A DNA stretch of 64,000 bases from Chloroflexota bacterium (GTDB lineage: Bacteria > Chloroflexota > UBA11872 > VXOZ01), in the NCBI GenBank assembly GCA_963662335.2, contig CAXXVD010000005.1, positions 512,001-576,000 of the forward strand, in the 5' to 3' direction. Each line of letters begins with the position of its first letter. The first letter of the stretch is position 1. Below the pieces are notes generated by a model that did not search any database, was not told the origin of the DNA, and saw only the letters and a list, made by a program, of their open reading frames with translations. The position numbers and the translations under genes are program-made. Positions 20,701 to 28,074 of the stretch are shown here, piece after piece.

Positions 20701-21646
20701 AAGAGCCGAGTCCTTAATGCGCGGAGCCCAAGACGTAGTCTTGGGTCTTGTCGCGCTGCTAACTGTACGAGCGCTGAGTATTTCCGAACATCTGCGAGAC
20801 CGTTTCTCGCGCATCTTTGTGCCCCAGTACGTACTCGATGCGATCTACGATGCTGTTTCTGAAGCTGAGTTTACAGGTCAGCCTGCCGGCTTTCTTGGGA
20901 AGAGTACAGAAGGCTACTATACATTTAATGAAGCCACTGAGAACTCTTGGAGTAAGCGGCAAGAATTCTTGATGTCACTCAGGGATCTTGCCGAGTCCTT
21001 TGAGCGAATCCCGTCCTATCGGGTACTTGAGATCAATGACCTTGACGAGATGAGGAGTGCCCTAACCCCAGTAGGCGTCGGTGCCGTGTTTGCTGGCTAC
21101 GAAGGCATGGAGAATGGCCCAGTTCTCATTTCTGATGACCTAGCACTATCGAAGGTCGCCCAATCCAGGAGTATCAGTGTCGTCAACTCGGAGGCCGTCT
21201 TGCGTGAATTGCATCGTACGGACGTGATCTCCGAGGAAGCCTATTCTTCGTATATTGAACAGCTAGTATTGATGAACTATAGGTTTGTTCGCGTCGGCCC
21301 TGGAGATATTCTCCGACGCCTTGAAGCCGGAGATTACCTGACAACGCCAGGAATTCGCAAGATGATTAGCACTCTAGACGGACCCGACTGTTCCTTAGAA
21401 TCCGCTGTTTCTGTTGCAACTACGGTAGTTTCCAAGCTCACCGGTAAGACCCACCCAAGCCAAGTCGGGTTGATTGTCATGGCATTTCTTGAAAGTCTAC
21501 AAAAGGGAAGAAATCCAGCCGTCGCTTTGTTGAAATTTAGGCATGAACTCGAATCCATGCTAGACCCGCGTTCCCCCAGGAGGCACGATGTCCTTGACAT
21601 TGTGGACATGCATATAGAGCTTCTTGATCAGCCGCCCTATAGCTGA
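17759..21646 (+). CDS. Large protein with REase-like N-terminus, TPR repeats, GreA/B-like region and PIN domain (PIN-TPR-GreABC-type)
   Basis: N-terminal LIRRLV..GWDGLV..WIP..E motif; many TPR repeats; ISSTSRLGAILSG..G GreAB-like segment; C-terminal PIN-like LISDDLAL; possible leaderless start at 17768. Confidence 0.65.
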   Translation: MALMNTIDASDIAEWARSREAQHQLPCLIRRLVMETCPEVSFIDMPSGSSVVLPGWDGLVTVQSGNAWIPRGHLAIEMSCGQNPGRMATENYEKRTNDPLGIDVANTTFIFITPRKWPGKRQWVCERKEEGNWADVRVIDADDLVAWIEQAPSEREWFAGLIGKGLMGLGRSIVEDVNQHSNNLQSEVMAEIRDFRASVLATADSEGTQTALDPAHVKLEAKIDSARDSIRRGYVSAAKSQLQELRNKHGTLPPELDFRIVANLGICALAVDEINGACTLFEEAHSLQPENPRAIAYAALAAHLKEDRKKAVRLAIKARELDPQSSQATAILLLKYWETGRVEELDELIATEAWLAKDPHCGAIVASIRADQMRFNEAATICRSLTKANPDDFELQLALAACLLSWAQADRRAFQYTLDSESILNEAKAAATHAIEQLQETDLKGKFHNALAIRADAKSLLGEWAEAIHDFDRVLAEDSRHNEAAFNKGLLLARMGRMKEALPLFETVWNSGEIPHVDLPLADAYLASGDPSEAVKLLNGTVTLKRLEWIDIQRAEILSQAEKEAGVRDSVEEILNAALQRFPSNPRLLTLESTLCEIHGDAEGAEQSLLKALKHSDGSDHRQIELRLANLHYSHHRFARAAKLFEGIVNGVASHPLASTLLRCLIISKQLREALDWAREIKDESSGVSKLALAVEVEVLQIAGDVPAAVSCLLEICKFEDATAEDRLRLAEAQYRCGERGSAHETVHGITSLELINDPQLLMKLAQLKFLLGSTDFLNDAYMALRHGRDDPAVHKGYGGLFTACERSWTEPEEIGPGCAVLLRNESGQQWWNILEEGEEPHGPHDISSTSRLGAILSGQREGKTIVLRQDLEELSYRVEEVQSKFVRAFQETFEEFSTRFPGDMSLSRIEIKDDDFTKFYQIVEHADQSERNALRVYQEGKVPFVTFFPLLRKPFLDVWVRLTYEDSGLIAGDGTNEEAERAESLMRGAQDVVLGLVALLTVRALSISEHLRDRFSRIFVPQYVLDAIYDAVSEAEFTGQPAGFLGKSTEGYYTFNEATENSWSKRQEFLMSLRDLAESFERIPSYRVLEINDLDEMRSALTPVGVGAVFAGYEGMENGPVLISDDLALSKVAQSRSISVVNSEAVLRELHRTDVISEEAYSSYIEQLVLMNYRFVRVGPGDILRRLEAGDYLTTPGIRKMISTLDGPDCSLESAVSVATTVVSKLTGKTHPSQVGLIVMAFLESLQKGRNPAVALLKFRHELESMLDPRSPRRHDVLDIVDMHIELLDQPPYS

Positions 21647-21704
21647 TGGGCCAAAGCTGCGTGAACATGAAATAGGTGACAAGCTAGGCACAATTGCAGC
21701 GAGT

Positions 21705-24605
21705 CTACACCACAAACTTCGCGCCTTTGGGTCTTGGTTTGGCGCCGTGGACGGACGGTTCGGCGCACCATTTGGCTGCAAGGCGGCGGACGGCTGCGTA
21801 GGTTTGTTCGTCGAATCCCAAGAGGTCGCAAGTGACGCGGCGGTCGAGGAGGGCGCGGTTCGGGTCGGCATCGGCAAGGTAGGCCGGCTTTAGTTCTCTA
21901 TCGCGGAATTCATCGAAGATTAGCTCAGCCATGATAAGTTGATCGTCGCTGAGAGCGCGGAAATCGAGCATAGGGAGGGAGTCAATCGCGCGAACTGTCG
22001 TCCGCCCGCGACCGCTCTGTTGACGATTGGCATGCCACCAGTGCGCGAGCAAACCGAGTGTAGAGTTGCCCCACACAGCCAGTCCGTAATCGAAGCGGGG
22101 ATCTGAGAAGAGTACGTTAGGCCACGCCGTGCCGCCTATGCTCTTTTCATCAGTAAACGCTACCCCTAATGGTTGCGAATTATAGCGAAAGTCAAGGTTT
22201 AAGTGAGCACGACTGGCAGTTGACCATGCGGATGCGGCTCTCTCTTCCATTCCTTGTCGCACAAGCAATTGCAAGTCCGGCAAGCAGGTAATGCGAGTCT
22301 CATTCTTTGCATTATGACTCCAAATTGAAGGATAGGTGGCGGTTGGGCTGGGCGGCCCTTTCGTAAACGGCCCTGATGAGCCAGCGATGTTAATGTGATG
22401 CCACCCACGCCTCCCTACATCACTGAGGGCCGCAATCTTCAACTCTGCCGAATCGACTTGCCCTGGCAACCATAGCCTACACTGTGACAGAGCGTAGGCA
22501 GTTTGTGCCACGGAGCAATCCAATAAGCGAACCGCGCCCCAATTGTAATCACTGCAAGGCGCCGACATAGATTCTCCGATTAGCTCCTCTCCAACCGTCA
22601 GAGGCGCACCGCCATACGGCCCGTCTTCAATGCGTCTCACCTGCTTGGTGGAGATCGTCTCCCTTGCAACCGAGTTTGCATTAGCAAACCCCTGAGGCCT
22701 GCGCCTCAGCGACGAAAAGAGTGCACGGTCATTAGGTGATTCATCCGGCCTATTCCTGCGGGCAATTACCAGACACTCTGCCATTCCCGTGTCCGCTGAA
22801 AAGGAGAGACTGTCGTTGTCCGCAGCGGTTATGGTGAGTACACTTAACTCTGCATAGTTGCCAGCGATCAACTCCCGAAAGTCCTGCCAGGACTGCCCGG
22901 ATGCAGCTGTCAAGGGAAGCACCAAGGCCAAGACGCCGCCCGGCTTAATCTTCCTGTGGGCCAGTGCCGCAAATGCGGAAGCGATGCCAGCGTAGCCGTG
23001 GTAGCAGGTGCCCTTCGTAGACTTCTTCAGGCTCGCCGCCATTTCCTTTTGGGTTACCAGTTCCGTGCTCAGCCCCCTGAACTGCTTCACATAGTCCTCG
23101 GCCCTCTCACTGCCTTCCCAATCCGAGCCGGGCCGCGTAAACGGCGGGTTCATTATCACCACGTCAAAGCTCTCATCGGGCATATCCACCGTTACTTGCG
23201 CGGCGGTTTCCTCGCCCACGCTGCCGGTGCGCAGGGCCGGGTCGCTGGTATTGAAGAGGGTTTGCACGTCCGAGCGTTGCAGGAGTTCCAGCGAGCCGAT
23301 TTTCACCGTGCCGTCGGGTTGGCGGCCGTAGGGCATGGTATAGAGGCGCGAATTGCCGAAGCGCGCCGCGGGTTCCACGCCGGATAACGTAGAACCGGTG
23401 ATGTGGATGGCCGAGGGCATCACGTCGCAGCCGTAGAGGACGTCCTCCATCATGGCCTGGTGCAGGGCGGCCGGATCGCCGCCGCTGCGTTCGTGGCGGG
23501 CGGCAATCTGCTCGTAGACCGCCGAGAGCAGCGCGCCGGTGCCGCAGGCAAAGTCGGCCACCCGCAGCCTGCCAATGGCGTCCGCATCCGCCCAATCCAC
23601 GCCCGCCAGCTTGGCCACCGCCAACCGCGCCAGCAGCGCCGCAGACGCCGGCAGCGTGTAGAACGTGGCCAGATACTTGCGGTCGGCTATCAGGCGCTGG
23701 AAGATGCGGCCGGTGAGGTCGTGCGAATTGGCCACGCCCATGGCGCTGATGGATTGCGCCGTGCCCCGCAAGCGCCGCAGGATCTGGGCCGCCTCCGCCG
23801 CGGGCAGTTGCTCCAGGATGTCTTTCGCCACCCCGAAGATGGCCCAGTAGTTTATCTCCAAAATCTCCTGCCAGGCGGTGAGCACCTGGGCCTGGGGATT
23901 GGCAACGGTGTCGCCGCAGACGACGTTGAGCGACTTGACGCCGGTGTGCATGCCGTAGATGCGCTCGTGGAAGACCAGGGCGTTGGCAATAATGGCGCAG
24001 GCCATGCGGCGGGTCTGGGGCACGTTGCTCATGCCGAGCAAACGGGCGATCGTCATGGTGACGGCCTGGCGGTTGGTGTCCATCTCGTTCAAGATTTCGG
24101 CGGCGTTGTCAATGCCATCCTGCAAGATGTCGGTGGCGTCATCCACGGCCCGCTGCGGCACGGATACCAACCGCGCGAGGTCGGCCAGGTCCGCGGGCGC
24201 GCCCTCCAACCACCCGGCTTCGGGAAAGCGCTTGACACCCTTCTTTTCCTCCGTGAACACACAATAGGAAAGACGGGCGTCCGCGAGCGCGCCGGCAAGG
24301 TCGGCGGCGTCGCCTATCTCGTGCGGATAGCGCAGGGCGATGGCGGCCTCGATGCGGCGCCCGCTGGCGGCAACCTCCAACCCCAACCGCGCTTTGGCTT
24401 CGGCCTCCACACTTACGGCCGGCAAATACTCGGCCTCGATCACCACCGGCGCGCGCCCGGCCGCGGTGATGAGTATGTCCGGCCGCAACCCCGGCTGCCC
24501 GGCAATGGCACGGGTGTTCTCGGACCGCACGTCAGTCCGCGCCATCATGCCCGTGAGCACGGTTCCTAAGGCGTTGTTGACACTGGGTTCGGTCTGGCGA
24601 GGCAT
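21705..24605 (-). CDS. Type IIG-like restriction-modification fusion (N6-adenine MTase)
   Basis: N-terminal RPDIL..VIEAEY, ATFYT, DFACGTG motif I, MNPPF motif IV, C-terminal TRD-like region. Confidence 0.75.
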   Translation of the reverse strand: MPRQTEPSVNNALGTVLTGMMARTDVRSENTRAIAGQPGLRPDILITAAGRAPVVIEAEYLPAVSVEAEAKARLGLEVAASGRRIEAAIALRYPHEIGDAADLAGALADARLSYCVFTEEKKGVKRFPEAGWLEGAPADLADLARLVSVPQRAVDDATDILQDGIDNAAEILNEMDTNRQAVTMTIARLLGMSNVPQTRRMACAIIANALVFHERIYGMHTGVKSLNVVCGDTVANPQAQVLTAWQEILEINYWAIFGVAKDILEQLPAAEAAQILRRLRGTAQSISAMGVANSHDLTGRIFQRLIADRKYLATFYTLPASAALLARLAVAKLAGVDWADADAIGRLRVADFACGTGALLSAVYEQIAARHERSGGDPAALHQAMMEDVLYGCDVMPSAIHITGSTLSGVEPAARFGNSRLYTMPYGRQPDGTVKIGSLELLQRSDVQTLFNTSDPALRTGSVGEETAAQVTVDMPDESFDVVIMNPPFTRPGSDWEGSERAEDYVKQFRGLSTELVTQKEMAASLKKSTKGTCYHGYAGIASAFAALAHRKIKPGGVLALVLPLTAASGQSWQDFRELIAGNYAELSVLTITAADNDSLSFSADTGMAECLVIARRNRPDESPNDRALFSSLRRRPQGFANANSVARETISTKQVRRIEDGPYGGAPLTVGEELIGESMSAPCSDYNWGAVRLLDCSVAQTAYALSQCRLWLPGQVDSAELKIAALSDVGRRGWHHINIAGSSGPFTKGPPSPTATYPSIWSHNAKNETRITCLPDLQLLVRQGMEERAASAWSTASRAHLNLDFRYNSQPLGVAFTDEKSIGGTAWPNVLFSDPRFDYGLAVWGNSTLGLLAHWWHANRQQSGRGRTTVRAIDSLPMLDFRALSDDQLIMAELIFDEFRDRELKPAYLADADPNRALLDRRVTCDLLGFDEQTYAAVRRLAAKWCAEPSVHGAKPRPKGAKFVV

Positions 24606-24652
24606 GTGCGAGCCTTTCGTGCACCGGCGTGCGCGCTGCCGCGGCCAAGAGG

Positions 24653-24675
24653 CGGGGGACAAGCCCCCGCGCTAC
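24653..24675 (-). repeat. GTAG-type REP
   Basis: Exact reverse complement of 10167-10189. Confidence 0.75.
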
Positions 24676-24895
24676 GACTATTGCATTTCCGTGTCAAAGC
24701 GGCGCGGGATATGCGCCAGCGCTACGTCTATTGTAAAGGGAAACGGCATTGCGCAGCGCGTCAGGACGCCCAAGTTGCCAATGGCGGAACTATCGCCTAG
24801 TCTACATCTCGACGGGCACGGCGGCGCGCGTGCAAGAGCCGGGCCTGGCATGGGGCCGGATGGCCGGTTCAGCCAAATCCCATACGCAACAATCG

Positions 24896-27430
24896 ATGAA
24901 TGAAGCTACAGCGCGGCTCAAGATCAACAAGCTGCTGGAGCAGGCGGGATGGCGCTTCTTCCCGCAAGAGGATAGGCCGGCGAACGTCCGGCTGGAGCCT
25001 CACGTGGCGCTCGCGCAGAACGACCTTGATTCTCTTGGCGATGACTTCGAGCAGACGGCCAAGGGATTCGTGGACTTTCTCTTGCTGGATGCCAAGGGGC
25101 GCCCGCTAGTTGTGCTGGAGGCCAAGTCCGAAGAGAAAGAGCCGCTATCGGCAAAGGAGCAGGCGCGCCGGTACGCCCGTTCCCTGGATTGCCGGTTTGT
25201 CATCCTCTCCAACGGCAACCTGCACTACCTCTGGGACCTGGAGCGGGGCAATCCGCACGTCATCACCACTTTTCCCACGCCGGACTCGGTCGCGCGCTAC
25301 ACCAGGCTTACACCAAATCCGCAGCGCCTCAGCGACGAACGTGTCCACGTCGATTACATCGTCCTCAGCCAGCGGCCGAATTACGCATCCGAAGCGGCGT
25401 GGTTGAATTCGGCGGAACGGCCCGGCTTCATCAAGGCGCACAACCTGCGCTTTCTGCGGTCGTACCAGCTTAGTGCCATTCACGCCTTGCAGCGCTCCGT
25501 GAGGGATGGCAACGACCGCTTCTTGTTCGAGATGGCCACCGGCACCGGCAAGACCCTCACCGCCGCGGCCGTCATCAAGCTCTTCCTGCGCTCCGGCAAC
25601 GCCTCGCGCGTGTTGTTTCTCGTAGACCGCCTGGAACTGGAGGAGCAAGCCAGGAAGGTCTTCACCGGCCTCCTCTCGGCAGACTACACGACCGTCGTCT
25701 ACAAAGAGCGGCGCGACGATTGGCGCGCGGCGGAAATCGTCGTCACCACCGTGCAGTCGCTCTTGTTCAACAGCAAGTACCAGACGCTCTTCTCGCCAAC
25801 CGACTTCGACCTGGTCATCTCCGACGAGGCGCACCGTTCCATCAGCGGCAATGCCCGCGCCGTTTTCGACTACTTCGTCGGCTACAAGCTCGGCCTGACC
25901 GCCACGCCGCGCGACTACCTGAAAGGAGTCACGAGCAAAGGCCCGATCGTCCACGACCCGCGCGAGGTGGAACGCCGCCTGCTGGAGGACACCTACCGCA
26001 CGTTCGGCTGCGCGAGCGGCCAGCCCACGTTCCGCTACTCGCTGCTGGACGGCGTGCGCGGCGGCTATCTTATCAACCCCACCGTGGTGGACGCGCGCAC
26101 CGACGTGACGACTCAGTTGCTGGCGGAGCAAGGCCTCATCGTTTCCGTCACCGACGACACCGGGGAAGAGCGCGAGGAATCCTACAAGCAGCGGGAGTTT
26201 GAAAAGCGCTTCTTTTCCGAAGCCACGAACCAGGTTTTTTGTAAGACCTTTCTGGATAATGCGCTGCGGGATCCGGTGAGCGGTGAGATTGGCAAGTCAA
26301 TCGTCTTCGCCGTCAGCCAGAGTCACGCCGCGCGCCTGACCCAGACCCTCAACGAGATGGCGGACCGCATGTTCCCGGGCCGGTATCAGTCCGACTTTGC
26401 CGTGCAAGTTACGTCGCACGTGGCGGACGCCCAGCGATTCGCCGTCAATTTTGCCAACAATAACCTGATGGGCACGAGCGCCATCCTGCCCGGCTATCGC
26501 ACCAGCAAGGCGCGGGTGTGCGTTACCGTCGGCATGATGACCACCGGCTACGACTGCACCGACATCCTCAACCTCGGCCTCTTCCGGCCCATCTTCTCGC
26601 CCACCGACTTCGTGCAGATCAAGGGCCGCGGCACGCGCCGGCATGACTTCCGTGAGGAACTGCACGACCCGAGCATGGCGGAGCGCGTGGCCGAAGCGGA
26701 AAAGACCACGTTCAAGCTCTTCGACTTCTTTGGCAACTGCGAGTACTTCGAGACTGAATTCAACTATGACGAAGTCCTGACGCTGCCCAGGCCGCAGCCC
26801 ACACCAAGCGAATCAGCCGGCGGAGCGGGTCAGCCGGCGCAATTCGAAGGCGCGTATCAGCACCTCGGCACGGACATCATTGCTTCCATAAGGGAAGAGC
26901 CGATCGGCGCGGAAGGCATGAAGATCGACCGCATGCTATTCGATCGCTTTGCCGACACCGTGCGTGAGGATGAAACCGTCAAAGATGCGGTCGAGGCCGA
27001 CCAGTGGGACCGCGCCTTCGACCACGTGCATCGCGAAATCTTCGATAAGCCGGAGGACTTCTATAACCTGGAAAAGCTGCGGCGCGCCCTGGATGTGGAC
27101 CGGCGCGTGACCCTCCGCGAAATGCTGGAATTGATCTTCGATCTCATCCCGCGCCTCAAGTCAAAGGACGAATTGCTGGAAGAGGAGTTCGCCAAGTTCG
27201 TCGCTGACCGCGAACCGGCGGCCCGCTCGCTGCCGGCAGTCAAAGCGTTCTTCAAGGCGTACGTCACCAGCGATTTCACGCGCCTTGTAGTCGATGCCGG
27301 CGAATTCACCAAGTTGGCTACCAATCCCGCCTTCTCCATGCAGGACTACCGTTCGGTGCCGCCGCGGTACCGCGCGCTCGTTCCCGAATACGTCAAAGAC
27401 TATGTCTCGCTAAACCGCTTTGCTACGTAG
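24896..27430 (+). CDS. hsdR: Type I restriction enzyme R subunit (EcoEI-like)
   Basis: VDFLL..VLEAK nuclease motif, MATGTGKT, DEAHRS, GLTATP, MMTTGYD, QIKGRGTR. Confidence 0.88.
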   Translation: MNEATARLKINKLLEQAGWRFFPQEDRPANVRLEPHVALAQNDLDSLGDDFEQTAKGFVDFLLLDAKGRPLVVLEAKSEEKEPLSAKEQARRYARSLDCRFVILSNGNLHYLWDLERGNPHVITTFPTPDSVARYTRLTPNPQRLSDERVHVDYIVLSQRPNYASEAAWLNSAERPGFIKAHNLRFLRSYQLSAIHALQRSVRDGNDRFLFEMATGTGKTLTAAAVIKLFLRSGNASRVLFLVDRLELEEQARKVFTGLLSADYTTVVYKERRDDWRAAEIVVTTVQSLLFNSKYQTLFSPTDFDLVISDEAHRSISGNARAVFDYFVGYKLGLTATPRDYLKGVTSKGPIVHDPREVERRLLEDTYRTFGCASGQPTFRYSLLDGVRGGYLINPTVVDARTDVTTQLLAEQGLIVSVTDDTGEEREESYKQREFEKRFFSEATNQVFCKTFLDNALRDPVSGEIGKSIVFAVSQSHAARLTQTLNEMADRMFPGRYQSDFAVQVTSHVADAQRFAVNFANNNLMGTSAILPGYRTSKARVCVTVGMMTTGYDCTDILNLGLFRPIFSPTDFVQIKGRGTRRHDFREELHDPSMAERVAEAEKTTFKLFDFFGNCEYFETEFNYDEVLTLPRPQPTPSESAGGAGQPAQFEGAYQHLGTDIIASIREEPIGAEGMKIDRMLFDRFADTVREDETVKDAVEADQWDRAFDHVHREIFDKPEDFYNLEKLRRALDVDRRVTLREMLELIFDLIPRLKSKDELLEEEFAKFVADREPAARSLPAVKAFFKAYVTSDFTRLVVDAGEFTKLATNPAFSMQDYRSVPPRYRALVPEYVKDYVSLNRFAT

Positions 27431-27435
27431 ATCAA

Positions 27436-27466
27436 TTGAACATGGATGCGCAGGATGGGCAGGATG
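27436..27466 (+). repeat. Left imperfect inverted repeat flanking the GxxExxY gene
   Basis: 26/31 match to the reverse complement of 28030-28060. Confidence 0.75.
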
Positions 27467-27552
27467 TAAGATGTTGTATGAAGCCGATCCCGGCAAACTT
27501 CAGATTGCTCCATCAATCCAGTATGTCCGGTGCGCCCTATGAAGAACCCATC

Positions 27553-27948
27553 ATGAACGCAAATCTCCTGCACGCGGAACTGACTCACGCCGTGATTGGC
27601 TGCGCCTTTGCCGTGATCAATGAACTTGGCAGTGGTTTTCTGGAATCGGTCTATGAAAAGTCGATGCTGATCGCGCTTGCCGACGCCGGCATCGGCGCTG
27701 CCGCCCAGCAGCCGATTGTCGTGAACTTTCGGGGCAAACCCGTGGGAACCTTCTACGCCGACCTCCTCGTGGAAGGAAAGGTACTCGTCGAACTCAAGGC
27801 GGTGAAGGCCCTCGCTCCCGAACACCAAGCCCAGGTCATCAACTACCTCAAAGCAACCGGCATCGAAGTAGGGCTCCTCATCAACTTCGGCAATCCCAAA
27901 CTCGAATTCAAACGCCTCACCCGCAGCCCGGACAAGCGAGAAAAATAG
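27553..27948 (+). CDS. GxxExxY protein (PD-(D/E)xK-like)
   Basis: LGSGFLESVYE, ADLLVEGKVLVELKA, QVINYLKATG..GLLINFG. Confidence 0.92.
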   Translation: MNANLLHAELTHAVIGCAFAVINELGSGFLESVYEKSMLIALADAGIGAAAQQPIVVNFRGKPVGTFYADLLVEGKVLVELKAVKALAPEHQAQVINYLKATGIEVGLLINFGNPKLEFKRLTRSPDKREK

Positions 27949-28029
27949 ACCCGCCAACCACCAACCGGCCAGTCATGCTAGACAGGAATAGTGGCAAAGA
28001 GTATGACCCAAGTCACCCACACTCTTCAC

Positions 28030-28060
28030 CATCCTATCCATCCTGCCAATCCATGTTGAA
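28030..28060 (-). repeat. Right imperfect inverted repeat flanking the GxxExxY gene
   Basis: CATCCTATCCATCCTGCCAATCCATGTTGAA pairs with 27436-27466. Confidence 0.75.
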
Positions 28061-28074
28061 TCAAGGACTTCGCC

